From positions 106,826,001-106,890,000 of the forward strand of contig OX597823.1 in assembly GCA_951406725.2 (NCBI GenBank): a stretch of 64,000 bases of DNA. The letters are read 5' to 3'. The notes beneath the pieces were generated by a model, which was given only the letters and a program-made list of their open reading frames with translations, did no database searches and was not told where the DNA came from. The first letter of the stretch is position 1. The number at the start of each line of letters is the position of its first letter. Of the stretch, positions 1 to 14,593 are shown one piece after another. The position numbers and the translations under genes were made by a program. Origin of the DNA: Octopus vulgaris. Taxonomy: Eukaryota.

Positions 1-405
<405 letters not shown>

Positions 406-887
406 ACCCATCATCATCCCTTAACTGTGTCTTCCCCGTCTTCACTCATTTGTTGGCTCATCCCTATGCCCCTTCTCAATCTGGCTGAAAATTAGATATT
501 TCGAAGCATAAAGTCTTAGAGACGACCGAGGAGGAAAAATATCAAAAGATTTGTTTACTTAATTTTTATTCTTTTAAATTAGATATTCCTCACGAATTTA
601 AAACAATAAATGGCATTAGAACAGCAACAGCAGCAACAACAACAACTACAAGTATTATGACGATCCTGACAATTTTAAAACAAAAATAAATGCAAACGTT
701 AACAAGAGAAACAATAAAAATGATGAACATCAGGAAAACAGGGAAAAAAATGCCGAGATATTTAAAACTAAGAGCAAACAGCAGAATGGAAAAAACAGCT
801 GCAGTGATAAAAACAAAATTAATTACAATGGCAATTTAAGTGTCAGCAAAACGAAAGTTATAAAGAACTGAAGGAACCGGTGACAAT

Positions 888-1058
888 AGCATCATCATCA
901 TCACCATCGTCGTCATCATCATCATCATTTACATCGTCGTCATCGTCGTCGTCATCGCCGTCGTTGTCATCGTCGTCATCGCCGTCGTTGTCATCGTCGT
1001 CATCGCACTCGTTGTCATCGTCGTCATCATCATTATTGTTATCGTCGTTGTCGTTGTC
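888..1058. repeat. (TCA/TCG)n trinucleotide repeat
   Basis: catcatcatc...gtcgtcatcgtcg run; poly-Ser ORF artefact. Confidence 0.9.
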
Positions 1059-1079
1059 CTCAACAACGGCAACAACAGT

Positions 1080-1443
1080 GGAGGCCCAATGGCCCAGTGG
1101 TTAGGGCAGCGGACTCGCGGTCGGAAGATAGCGGTTTCGATTCCCAGACCGGGCGTTGTGTGTGTTTATTGAGCGAAAACACGTAAAGCTCCACGAGGCT
1201 CCGGCAGGGGTGGTGTGGCGACCCCTGTTGTACTCTTTCGCTCCAACTTTCTCTCACTCTTTCTTCCTGTTTCTTGTCCCTGACTTCCTATGCAACCGTT
1301 GAGCCTGAATGCGCATTCATCCATCCGTTGATGCTCTCGGTGTCGGGGGTTGACCTGCTTTCTCTTCTGCAGGTCTTACGAATAGCAAAGGACCACGTTT
1401 CGGACTCCTCCCATCTTGCGAGCCCTTGTTCGCTCAACAGCAA
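1080..1443 (+). mobile_element. tRNA-derived SINE (single copy in window)
   Basis: tRNA-like head with A-box TGGCCCAGTGG and B-box-like GGTTTCGATTCCC; (CAA)n-like tail; possible TSD caacaacagt at 1070-1079 and 1444-1453. Confidence 0.75.
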
Positions 1444-1478
1444 CAACAACAGTTACAACAAGAATAACAACAACGACA

Positions 1479-1522
<44 letters not shown>

Positions 1523-1790
1523 AAGTTGGTAGCAATTGTTTGTAGCATTAAGTATATCAATGGAAGCGTACCTACTTCCAGAAATTGTGAAAAGAAGGCA
1601 TTATTTCAATCGCCTGTCTGAGAATTATATTGAAGGAGCTAAACAAGCGATAGTTTCGAAGACATTTAGATACATTGTGAATAATATGCTATTATTCTTA
1701 CCATTTTCTGAACTCTTTGCCAACCGTTACGAAATTTACATCCCCCACCAATAACCATCAGCACTAACCTGCTCTACCACCAACACCACC

Positions 1791-2013
1791 ACCTATTTCT
1801 TTACTGCTACAAGGGGCTACACATAGAGGGGACAAACAAGGACAGACAAACGGATTAAGTCGATTATATCGACCCCAGTGCGTATCTGGTACTTATTTAA
1901 TCGACCCCGAAAATATGAAAAGCAAAGTTGACCTCGGCGGAATTTGAACTCAGAACGTAGTGGTAGACGAAATACTGCTAAGCATTTCGCCCGGCGTGCT
2001 AACGTTTCTGCTA
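1791..2013 (-). mobile_element. SINE family A copy, 5' end slightly truncated
   Basis: Reverse complement matches the copies at 3848 and 61128. Confidence 0.9.
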
Positions 2014-2159
2014 CCACCACCACCATTACCATTCCATGTTGTGGTGACCAAGTCTTTACTTGGTCGGTTCATCTCAAGTTATGGTGGGGAAGTCTTTAAT
2101 TGGTCGTTTCATCTGGAAGAAATAGTTGCTTAGCTATATCACACTTTGCGATCTTATAT

Positions 2160-2369
2160 ACTTCTTTATTGCTCACAAGGGGCTAAACACAGAGGGGACA
2201 AACAAGGACAGACAAAGCGATTAAGTCGATTATATCGACCCCAGTGCGTAACTGGTACTTATTTCATCGACCCCGAAAGGATGAAAGGCAAAGTCGACCT
2301 CGGCATAATTTGAACTCAGAACGTAAGCATTTCGCCCGGCGTGCTAACGTGTCTGCCAGCTCGCCGCCT
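2160..2369 (-). mobile_element. SINE family A copy with ~20 bp internal deletion
   Basis: Matches family A; flanked by direct repeat gcgatcttatat (2148-2159 and 2379-2390), a TSD. Confidence 0.9.
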
Positions 2370-2609
2370 TTATACTTAGCGATCTTATATTCATCAAGAT
2401 CAAGATTTCATTTCCACCAAGAACATTTTTTCCTAAATGACGGTAGATTCAAACACCTGTAAATATGGCGGTGTAAAGTAGTTCTTGAACTATAGCCTCC
2501 CTACACAACTGCACTATACTACACTACTACAAATAACACCAAACTACGAGCCTTTATGCGGCCGTTAACAAGCAAAAAAGAAGCAAAATTTTTCCCAAAT
2601 CATTCAAGA

Positions 2610-2975
2610 AAAAACATTAAAGGCGATGACTGATCTTGATTATTTGGACCACCTTAAAACATTGAATCTTTATTCTCTCCAGCACCGCCCTGAGCGCTAC
2701 GTCATTTGTACAATGTAGAGAACATACGACCAGCTTTGCCCAAATGACCTTAATATTTGAGTCAGAATTGATCCAAAGATGGGACCACAACACTGCAACG
2801 TAATTTCTTTTGCTCAACAGGCCCTGCTCTAGTCAACATTATCCCAAAACAAATCAAAGAAGAAACGGTTCCATTCCCTTCAAGCTATATCTGGACAAAT
2901 TTCGTCAAGGGATACCGAGATAAACCACTTATACCTGGACACATCTATCAACAATTCCCTACATGAATGAGCCAT
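2610..2975 (+). pseudogene. Decayed CR1-like LINE ORF2 C-terminal fragment
   Basis: From 2641 reads YLDHLKTLNLYSLQHRPERY, later GPALVNIIPKQIK and FKLYLDKF..IP; resembles the CR1-type L-x-L-YSL-x-RRRERY and FKxxLDxFL motifs; stops and frameshifts present. Confidence 0.7.
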
Positions 2976-2990
2976 GATACTACGTCATCG

Positions 2991-3024
<34 letters not shown>

Positions 3025-3666
3025 CATTTATCACCATCAATAGTAGCAGAATAACAATAATAAGATCAGCTTCTTTTGTGAATATATATTAATGATGAAA
3101 AAAAACTCAACAAGTATTTTTTTCTACCAAGACATAAAATATCCTGTATAAACAAAGGTGTGGTGGAGGTGTGTGGTATTTGAAATGGGAGATGAGATGG
3201 TGGTTCATTTGGTTGTAGTGGTAGGGATGTAGGTAGATGAAGTATTGTTGAGAAGATAGTGGTTGCGGTGACGGTGTGATGAAATCGTGGACTCAGCTTA
3301 GATTTCTTCGATTGTAAACTGAAATTGGTTTTGGTGATTGTAATAACAATATCGATGTGATATATTTTGCAGGGGATTCCCCGCCCTCCAGTTTTCTCTA
3401 AAGGAATAATGAGATATCAACTGAAGGATCTTAATGACGTGAATGAAATTAAATAATTAGAGGTGGCCATCAAACCGCAGCTTATGAAGTAACTAATTTT
3501 AAGGTGTTGAAAAGCGCAACGACAATTCTGTTTAGAGTACTGATTAAGGTAGTGGTAGATGTGTGACCTGTGAGTTAAGGTGATTAAAACAGTGCTGGTT
3601 GGGGGGGGGGGGGAGTAGTGGCAGTAGTACTTGTCTGGGAATAATAGTTTCTGATATAAGCTCACG

Positions 3667-3838
3667 GCCTGAATTTTTAGGGAGAGAGAGACAGTCGATT
3701 ACATGTGCCCCCATTGCTTAACTGCTACTTAATTACTGCGCTGTCCATGAAAGGATGAAATACAAAGTCGACCACGGCAGAATTTGAACACAGAACGTAA
3801 AGATGAACGAAATACCACTGAGCATTTTGTCCAGTGCG
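3667..3838 (-). mobile_element. Old SINE family A-related copy (alternative tail)
   Basis: aaggatgaaatacaaagtcgaccacggcagaatttgaac matches the family A core. Confidence 0.75.
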
Positions 3839-3847
3839 GCAGAAAAA

Positions 3848-4265
3848 GGCGGCGAGCTGGCAGAAACGTTAGCACGGCGGGCGAAATGCTTAGCAGTATT
3901 CCGTCTGCCGCTACGTTCTGAGTTCAAATTCCACCGTGGTCGACTTTGCTTTTCATCCTTTCGGGGTCGATTAAATAAGTACCAGTTACGCACTGGAGTC
4001 GATATGATCGACTTAATCCGTTTATCTGTCCCTATTTGTCCCCTCTGTGTTTAGCCCCTTATGGGTAGTAAAGAAATAAGTATTTCCGTCTGCCGTTAGG
4101 TTCTGAGTTCAAATTCCGCCGAGGTCGACTTTGCGTTTCATCCTTTCGGAGTCGATAAATTAAGTACCAGTTACGCACTGGGATCGATGTAATTGACTTA
4201 ATCCGTTTGTCTGTCCTTGTTCGTTCCCTCTATGTTTAGCCCCTTGTGGGCAATAAAGAAATAAG
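3848..4265 (+). mobile_element. SINE family A full copy followed by a tandem head-less second copy
   Basis: ggcggcgagctggcagaaacgttagca head, B-box gagttcaaattcc, core ctttcatcctttcggggtcgat..aagtaccag (resembles the Meta/Sauria-type central domain); body restarts at ~4080. Confidence 0.92.
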
Positions 4266-4457
4266 TAACAATTTTGGCAGTTCTGAGGTGATAATAGTGA
4301 AATCAAATTGTTATGCTTGTCGAATTGGTTGTGGGACAATAGAGTTTATTATTAAATTTTCATGGTAGTTGTTAATGAGTGGTGTGGTAGTTGTGAACTA
4401 AAACCAGGGGAGGATTTTGGTTTTTGTTATATTACTTGATATTTATAGTTCCCTGTG

Positions 4458-4598
4458 AAGGCTGCGAGCTAGCAGAGTCGTTAACACGCCAAGCAAAGTG
4501 CTTAGTAGCACTTCGTCCGTCTTCACGTTCTGAGTTCAAATTCCGCCGAGTTCGACTTTGCCTTTCCTCTTTTCGCGGTCGATGAAGTAAGTAACATT
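4458..4598 (+). mobile_element. Diverged SINE family A 5' half
   Basis: gcgagctagcagagtcgtt...gagttcaaattccgccgagttcgactttgcc. Confidence 0.8.
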
Positions 4599-5374
4599 AA
4601 GCACCACCTCGTCTCATGACCACCTCAACGGTCATTAACCACCACATCCACCACCACTACTACTAGCCATTCAAGAATTTGGACCTGGAGATCTCTATTT
4701 CCAGCGAATTCGAGGGCCACCTGACAGTGGTGTCGGGCGTCAACAAGAAGACGACCAAAGTTTTTTCAAGGCCTAGGGTCTCCCGCCCCTAAGCCCTAGA
4801 CCATCACCTAATCACCCTTACCCGTCTTGTTGCTTAACAACAACAGCCACTACTACTACTACCACAAAATTTTCATCACTCCTCACACTCGCGCACTCCA
4901 CCTCAAACGAACAGCGTCACTAATCACTGACACGAGGCAACCAGTGGACCTGCTAGAAATAACAGCAGAATCTACTACAATTCACATTCTAAGTTTTTGA
5001 AAAAGAACACGTCAAATAATGAGGGTTTCCCCTACGTAGGGAAAAAATAAAGAATAGTGTAAAGTCGCAACAGTTTTGATCGAAGGTTTACACTTAATTG
5101 GTGTTAAAACAACCACTAGTACAACCACCCACACTAACATTTCTACTTAAATGAGCAAAACCACAAACCACAACAAATAATAACAACAGCGCAACTATTG
5201 CCACCACTAATAACCATGACCATCACGACAACCACCACGACCACCATCGCCACCATCCACAACCCCACCACCCACAATCCCACCACCCACGAACATTCAG
5301 AACACTCGGCAGCTCTGTATGTTGAAAGGTGTAATTTCTATAGAGCCGCATTGTTTGACTTTCGTGTGTTATCG

Positions 5375-6850
<1,476 letters not shown>

Positions 6851-7126
6851 AGTTTGATATATTCTAACATAATATATGTGTGTTTATATGAACAAGAGCA
6901 TCAGTCGAAATATGTAACCATAACTTACTGTACGCTTGTATATGTGTATTACTATGACTGTACACATACACATATGCATGTGGTCACGTATTATACATAT
7001 ACGTGTGCCACTGTGTTTGTGTTCTTATTTTTATCTTTCTTCCTATACATCTTTTCTCATAAATGAAAGAAGCAATATTATAGCATTCCTTATGATTAGT
7101 CCAAGTTCAACAGCATTATTTGACTA

Positions 7127-7173
<47 letters not shown>

Positions 7174-7483
7174 TTAACAAGCTATACACGTACCAAGCTA
7201 CACATCTATAAACCTATAAGTCTACATACTAGCTAACCTATCTCCTTACCTACATCCTACATAACTACCTACCAATCTACCCATTAACCTTCATATTAAA
7301 TACATGCGTACTTATCAACCTATATATGCACTTTAAATCTAAATATGTGTGTGTGTGCAACATTTTCAGAATATACATATAGAATATACATATGGAATAT
7401 ATACATATATTTAGGTACACACACATACACGTATGTATCCATACATATATTTACGAACTTTTGTACATATATATATGTATAAA

Positions 7484-7514
<31 letters not shown>

Positions 7515-7718
7515 AAGATGAAAAAGGAATAAATGATTAACTTAAGACATCATTAGCTTACAGATATTTCTGCTATGAGGTACAGTGAACTCATAGTGTT
7601 TGACTGGCCCTTTCTAGCCTCAGCTGAGCCTCGGATATGAAGTGTAATTTATTTGGGAAATAATTACATTTGTACCTATATGGCGATTGGCATCGACAAT
7701 GAGAATATCCATATATAT

Positions 7719-7961
7719 ATGTCTTTAAAGTAGGATGTATTTAAAGTAGGACTGGATCTCTTCCTGTCAGGTGTCCCGGATGAACCAACTTCACGGCAGG
7801 AGGTGCAGATGAGGGCAGCTGCATCGAACTCTCTCATGCACCAAATGGCAGTTGCTAAAAAGAATTCGTGAAGTAAAATCATGTAGCAACACCAAATGGC
7901 GGTGCCCCAGCATGGCCACAGCTCGTGAGCTGAAACTAGATAAAATAAAATAAAAATAAAA

Positions 7962-7962
<1 letters not shown>
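7719..7962 (+). mobile_element. 5'-truncated CR1-like LINE 3' end
   Basis: 7734-7871 reads DVFKVGLDLFLSGVPDEPTSRQEVQMRAAASNSLMHQMAVAKKNS*, then 3' UTR and (TAAAA)n tail; 16-bp near-tandem duplication at the 5' junction. Confidence 0.8.
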
Positions 7963-7992
<30 letters not shown>

Positions 7993-8019
7993 GATGTAAA
8001 AATGTCTGTATGTCTGTCT

Positions 8020-8235
8020 GACTTTCTCTCTGTTTGTCCTCCACCACCGCTTGACAACCTGTGACAAGCGTGCTTACATTTCAGTAAGTAGCGGTTTGGC
8101 AAAAGTGACCAATAGAATAAGTACTTGACTTTAGAAAAACTATTCCTACTAATGTCGATTGATTCATCTACAGAGATCCTGAAAGGCGTTGTCCCAGCAT
8201 CGCTGCAGTCTAATGATTGGAAGAAGTGAAAGGGA
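8020..8235 (+). mobile_element. SINE family B 3' half (diverged)
   Basis: tgtttgtcctccaccaccgcttgacaac...gcggtttggcaaaag..aatagaataagtact matches the 53670 copy. Confidence 0.8.
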
Positions 8236-8520
8236 AAAGATATTACATATTGCAACGAGCACAAAGAGTAAACAACGGGGGTAGGATATGATTTAACAAA
8301 AGCCACAGTTTGCTGAGCGTGAAGATAATTATATACACAGGTATATATATAATATATATATAATTATATATACACACACATATGTGTGTATGTGTATGAT
8401 TATGGTTGCATCTTAACAGACGATAGCCGTCCAGATGAAGCAATGTATATATATATATATGTGTATGTATGAACGTATGTATATATGTATATATGTGTGT
8501 ATGTATGTATGCATGTATGC

Positions 8521-8562
<42 letters not shown>

Positions 8563-9092
8563 GAAAAGAAAATGGATGTAAATAACAAGGGGAAACGTGT
8601 CGCTTTCGATAGTATGCCTTTAATTTTATTAAATAGCAAAGAAGGTAGCATTTACAATCGTTTCAATTTACTAGTTTTAGTAAATGTCTTCAGAATGCGA
8701 AAGTAATTGATACATAAATAGTTATTTAGTTTTAGAGTGTTTCTTCCTTCGATTAGTTCCGACAACGACATGACAAATTACGTCAGACTTTCTTGGAGGC
8801 TTGGCTCGGAATGATTACAATTTTCCCGCGACTTAGGCGGCAGTGTATATCTATGCGCGAGTTAAAGCGGTTGCCTATACTAACCAAATCGCGCATAGAT
8901 GGATAACAGTTCCGCCAAAGGGAAATCGTGTTCCTAAAACCTTATTATCCGTAATCATGTTGTTTTCATCTGTAAATTAAATATGGCAGTGTCGAAGATC
9001 CGCCAGTACATGACACTGTAAAATTCCAACAGATCAGGTTTAGTCTTAATTGGGTATCTTTTTCTTATATACATATTGTATAGTGTTATTGG

Positions 9093-9292
9093 TTTCGGAA
9101 CAAGGACAGTAATTTCGGGTGAGGGGGTAAGTCGATTACACCGACACCAGTGTTCAACTAGTACTTATTTTACCGACCCCAAAAGGGATAAAAGACAAAG
9201 TCGACCTCGTCGGAATTTGAGCTCAGAAAAGAAAGACGGACTAAATGTTGCAAAACACTTTTGTTCGGCGTGCTAACGTTTCTGAGCTCGCT
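9093..9292 (-). mobile_element. Diverged SINE family A-related copy (alternative tail)
   Basis: aaagtcgacctcgtcggaatttgagctcagaa core and gcgtgctaacgtttctg head. Confidence 0.8.
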
Positions 9293-9605
9293 GTCTTTTT
9301 GTTTTGTTATTAATTTGCAGTATCTTAGGTAATTTCATATCATCAAGAACACCATTTAAATGTGTGGATGTGCGTATGTGTATACAAATACACACACATA
9401 TACATACACACATATATGTATACGTATGCATGCAGGCATATACACTCATATACATACATACATACATTGTCATCTGGAAACTTTGCTCGTTGCTCCCAGT
9501 TCCACATATTCGTTCTTCGGACACCAGTCAATGGAGAAATATGTATATCGAGAAATATGTATATCCTCTTGCATAAAAGCACCGGAAATGTGTGAATATA
9601 GTGCT

Positions 9606-10035
9606 GGGTTCTGATTGGATGCTGGGGTGGAAAAGTGTCATATTCTTGTAATCTGCATAGGAGTATTCGGGTGCATATATTGCTGCCGTTTTGCGAAAGT
9701 GCTTACGAGCATTTAAAAACTGTTTTTATCTGATAAAATATATGTGTTATAAAAATAAGTAATAAAAAATTATAAATTTATAAGAATATAAATTCATAGA
9801 TTTTTGTGGCATTTGACCTTTTGTCACATATCCTTATAAATTTTAACATTTTTATTACATATATTTTACATCAGATAAAGAATTTTTGAATGTCCATATG
9901 TTCTCTAACAAATAAAAAAAAAGAAAAACAGAACAAAAAAAAAGCAGAAAAATAATATACACTTAGTCACCGAAACGCCAACATGCAAAATTGAAGAATA
10001 TACCCTCTTTCCACCCCAGATGCCAATCAGGACCT
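9606..10035. mobile_element. Old fold-back MITE-like element (~430 bp imperfect palindrome)
   Basis: gggttctgattggatgctggggtggaaaag.. pairs with ..ctttccaccccagatgccaatcaggacc; inner arms tttatctgataaaatatatg / catatattttacatcagataaa. Confidence 0.7.
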
Positions 10036-10072
10036 AAATTTAAATTGTTAGATTGAAAGATGTTTGTGGTTT

Positions 10073-10132
<60 letters not shown>

Positions 10133-10149
10133 GCAGGATATCATATATC

Positions 10150-10405
10150 CTTTCTTTATCTTTAACTTGTTTTAGTCAAAGGCTAGTGGCCATGCTGGGG
10201 TACCTCCTTAGAAGGTTTTAGTCGAACAAATCAACCCTAGTACTTATTTGAAAGTCTGATACATATTCTTTCCGTCAATTTGGCCGAACTGCTAGGTTAC
10301 GAGGACGTAAACAAAGCAACGCCACTTGTCAAGCGACGGACTAGGAATAAACATAAGCACAAAGATACACGCGCGCGAACACACACACACGCACGCATAT
10401 ACACT

Positions 10406-10455
<50 letters not shown>

Positions 10456-10550
10456 CAACGGGATTCCGTACAGTTTCGTCTTCTCAATTCACTCACAAAT
10501 CATTGGTTGCCCGAGGTTTACAACAGATTAGACTTGCCCAAGGTACAGCA
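10150..10550 (-). mobile_element. SINE family B copy (diverged)
   Basis: ggccatgctgggg..tagtcgaacaaatcaacc..gccgaactgctagg..gacttgcccaagg. Confidence 0.8.
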
Positions 10551-10614
10551 CAGCGGTTGTACACACATAATTATTTACTGCCGTTCAATGATCAAAAGCA
10601 TGAAACTCGGAGAA

Positions 10615-10885
10615 ACGCGGCGATGCAGGGGCACCGCCCTTAGTCGAAGAAATCTATCCTAGGACTTATTCTTTGTAAGCCTAGTATTCAATCGGTCTCT
10701 TTTGCCAAACCGCTAAGTTACAGGGGTGTAAACACATCAACGTCGATTGACAACTGATAGTAGTGGGACAAACACAGACACACATATATGCATGCATACA
10801 TACATACATACATACATACATACATACATACATACACATGTATTCTTTTATTCTTTTATTTGTTTCAATCATTTTGACTGCGGCC
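10615..10885 (-). mobile_element. SINE family B fragments
   Basis: gcaccgcccttagtcgaag..gccaaaccgctaagttac; separate tail piece at 10845-10885. Confidence 0.75.
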
Positions 10886-10959
10886 AAATATTTTATTTAT
10901 TTATTATATTGTTATTATATGACCGAACGCACGCGTCGTTTCTCTTCTCCAAGTAAGTT

Positions 10960-11606
10960 TTTATTTGAATAATCATGACGCGCACTCTTACTCTTTACTT
11001 GACTTTCCTCCCTGCCTGTCTGTCTTCCTCTCTACTTGTCTCTCTCCTTCTTATTTTTCACCCTTTCTGGTTTCTTCGCCCCCCTCTCTCTCTCTCTCCT
11101 CTTCCTCCTCTCTCTGGCTTTGACCAGAGCGCTACTAAAAACTTTCTTTCAGTTCCGTGCCTTCAACAAGCATAGATCGACTTCCCTGTCTTTCGCAAAC
11201 CGATTTTTCACATGTGTTCTAACTAATTTTTCCACCGTCTAGGCCTAAAAAGGCCCTTATTGTTGGTTCCCTGTCCTTTTATTCCTTATTTGTACTGTTT
11301 TTTCTACTATTTTTTCTTCATTTGTATTGCTTTTACGTCCTGTTCTTGTCACTTGTTTTACCCTTCTGCAAAAGAAATTTATTTAATTCCTTTTGCAGGA
11401 AGGACTTCTTCGTTCTAGCCGTGTTCTGCCCTTACCTTCGAAACACGCATTGAGTCGAACCAGGGGCAGCTGATGAAGGGAATTTTCCTTGTATCGTTTG
11501 TCCTGTACTCTGTTTTATCGTTGTTAAAAAAAGTCCGTTTCCTTGTTTGATTTTATGTTTTCGTTTCTCGTTGTGTTCTACGTTTATTTGTGGTGTCCTG
11601 TACTCA
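10960..11606 (+). mobile_element. Probable Penelope-like terminal-repeat or non-autonomous element abutting (TA)n
   Basis: Pyrimidine-rich body, cgaaac and ctgatga motifs near 11440-11477, ends directly on (TA)n; no protein remnant. Confidence 0.35.
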
Positions 11607-11702
11607 TATATATATATATGCTTGTATATATACATGTAGATGTAAGTACGTACATATATGTATGTATATATCCATATATTTTATTTATTTATTATATTGT
11701 TA

Positions 11703-11753
<51 letters not shown>

Positions 11754-11789
11754 ATTAGATAGATAGACAGACAGACAGATACATAGATG

Positions 11790-11853
<64 letters not shown>

Positions 11854-11854
<1 letters not shown>

Positions 11855-12999
11855 GTTTCTTTATTAGCCACACAGGGCTGCACACAGATGGGGCAAGTTA
11901 CAAGGTAGAGCTTTTCTTTGGGGGGATGAAAAAAACAAAAAAAAGGGTGGCGTAGGTTTTCGATCAAGAGGGATCGTAAAAGGGAAGAAAAGAACAAAAA
12001 AAAAATTTTTTTAAATAAATAAAAAAAGAATAAATAGAATAAAAAATAAAAAGAATAAAAGGAAAAAAAAAGAAAAGGAAAAGGAACAAAAGAAAAGAAA
12101 AATGAAAAAAGAAGAAAAAAGGGGAAAAAAAAGGGGAAGAGGAAAAAAAAGAACGATCAATAGGGATCGTGTATCACAGTGTTATGATATATGGTGTAAA
12201 GGGGAAAGCAAGTAAGGTTTATCCGTGGGAAGAAAAGCCTACGAAAAAGACCACGGTAACCTTGGTCAATATTGTTATATGTTACCACATTTGTTTCCAA
12301 GTGGGTAACCCTCTGTTTTCAATTTCTGGGTTCATAGGATTATGCTCAAGGTGGCTTCGTCATTCATACGTGCCATCCTTGCTACATTCACCCATCTTTT
12401 TTTAAAACATTCGCTAGACAAAACTTGCCTCTGTACTCTCACTTTCCTTTTCAAGTGGTACTTGAAGAAGTTGATGAGAGATTGACCAGAGAGGAAAGTG
12501 TTTGTCTCCAATCCTTTCAGACGCGTCCACCAGATACATTCTTTCGCCATAGCCACAAGGATGATGAAAATAGCTCTTCCTTCCCGTTTGAAGGAAGGAG
12601 GCGTGACAATATTGACGATAGACTCAGCTGATAAACCGACTTGTCCTACACGTGACAGCAGTTGTTCGACACAAGCCCACAGGTCGGAAATTGTTGGACA
12701 CTGCACGAGTGCGTGCAGAACGGTTTCGTCGCTCTGACCGCATCTCGGGCAGGTCGGCCCCGTGTTTCTCGAGCCGTGTCTGTAGAGCTTATCCCGAACG
12801 GGTAGCGCTTCTCGGTAACACTGCCAGGCCAGGGATCTCTGGAAGTTGTCCATGGGCCCTGGCCCGAAAGTTGTCCTGAACAGGCGGGTCAGGTACTCCT
12901 CGTCGACGTCCAGGTTCGCCCCGAGCTCGTCGTCGTACCTCCCCTCCACTAATCCCCTATAGAATGCTTTGGTTGTGTTGGAAGTCACTCAAGGTCGAC
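11854..12999 (-). mobile_element. 5'-truncated Tx1/L1-like non-LTR retrotransposon inside a (GATA)n array
   Basis: ORF 12332-12988 has a zf-RVT-type CCHC motif; T-rich 3' UTR; AATAAA then (TATC)n; GATA arrays on both flanks. Confidence 0.85.
12332..12988 (-). pseudogene. LINE ORF2 C-terminal zinc-binding region (uninterrupted 218-codon frame of a 5'-truncated ORF)
   Basis: SLAWQCYREALPVRDKL...CPRCGQSDETVLHALVQCP..LW, typical of L1/Tx1 ORF2 C-termini. Confidence 0.85.
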
Positions 13000-13052
<53 letters not shown>

Positions 13053-13061
13053 CATAGATAC

Positions 13062-13096
<35 letters not shown>

Positions 13097-13104
13097 CATA
13101 GATG

Positions 13105-13157
<53 letters not shown>

Positions 13158-13758
13158 TGAATGTATTGGGGCTAACGAGTGCAAGAAGCGAAGTGTTCAA
13201 TACACGCTTGTCATCGGTTATATGAATGTAAAGGCAACTAAGTGTTTAAGTTCCAACCCGTGTTTGGCGCAGTTGCGTAGTGGATGGATGTCAAGCAACG
13301 CTGGCAATTAACAAACTCTACTGTAGTTCCTTGTTTTATCTTTTATTTTCTTTCTTTCTCTTTTTGTACATTAGCTATATTTTTTCGTAGTCAAGATGAT
13401 TTTAGTCCTGTGTTGAATTAAGGAATTTGATCAGCGTTAATATCAAGATTTATATTTATTCGATTAGGTTGAATGCAATGCCATACAACAGTATAGTTGT
13501 GAAGTTTGGTTGGTCAATTGAGAACCTCTTTTAACATTTTGTCACTCCGAAAATACTAGTCAAATAAAGTGATTCTTCATATCTCTGGAATTTACTATAA
13601 ACAGCAATCAGTCGCCGAAACCCAAATAGTTTGAATATATCCGTTTATTTTCGAGTTCATCTTTCAAAAACATCATCATCCAAAGATGTTTGTATAGTTA
13701 TTTTTTTATTTATGTTTCTATCTATCGATCACTTCTGCTTATCATTCTATCTATCTGT

Positions 13759-13831
<73 letters not shown>

Positions 13832-14593
13832 TGCAAAGTATAGGGATTTAGTTCACAGGTGATATATATATATATATATATGTATATATCTTTCAAACTA
13901 TCTCTTTATCTATCTGTCTCTCTGTCTGCCTCTCTATGTGTATGGTTTTCTTTATTTCTTTTATTTCATTTCGAGAGAGAGAGAGAGAGAGGGGGGGAGG
14001 GAGAGAACGAAAATATGTTTGAAGCATTGCAAATTTGTATTTGAATCAAGAAAGCTACGAAAGTGCCAAATTTGCATTGTAGAGGTTTCTTTTATTCACA
14101 CACACGCTCACATACACATATACGCACATGTGTATGTATGCATACACACACACACACATATCTATATCCACATACACACACCCAGACACACACACGCACA
14201 CACACGCACACAGACACACACGCACACAGACACACACACGCACACAGGTATCAGTATTTACAAGTATATAGATATATAGATTTATAAACATATACTGAAC
14301 TCATAAATGCAATTAGCGTTCAATTAAAGATCTTAAAATTTTCTTATCTAATAAATTGCCAAAATTATCTGCTTATATTTCTTATTGATTTCATTTTAGT
14401 AGGAACAAGGCCAATGTGTTCAAGGAAACCGATAAAACTGATTTAATCAACTCCTATTGTTTTCGTTGTATATGGCCTTTCTATGAAGAAACTTCAATAT
14501 GACTTTGCCAGTATTTGAACTCAAAATGCAAAGATCAAATTATTAACTAAATAGTAATTAGGTGTGCAAAAGTAAACACATTAAACGCAAATA

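Noticed and set aside
1081-1155. Possible tRNA gene
   Set aside because: A/B boxes are present but there is no proper cloverleaf, and it continues into a SINE body and tail
11428-11495. cgaaac...gtc...ctgatga as a type II hammerhead
   Set aside because: Core words are in permuted order, but stem I cannot be formed and stem II register is off
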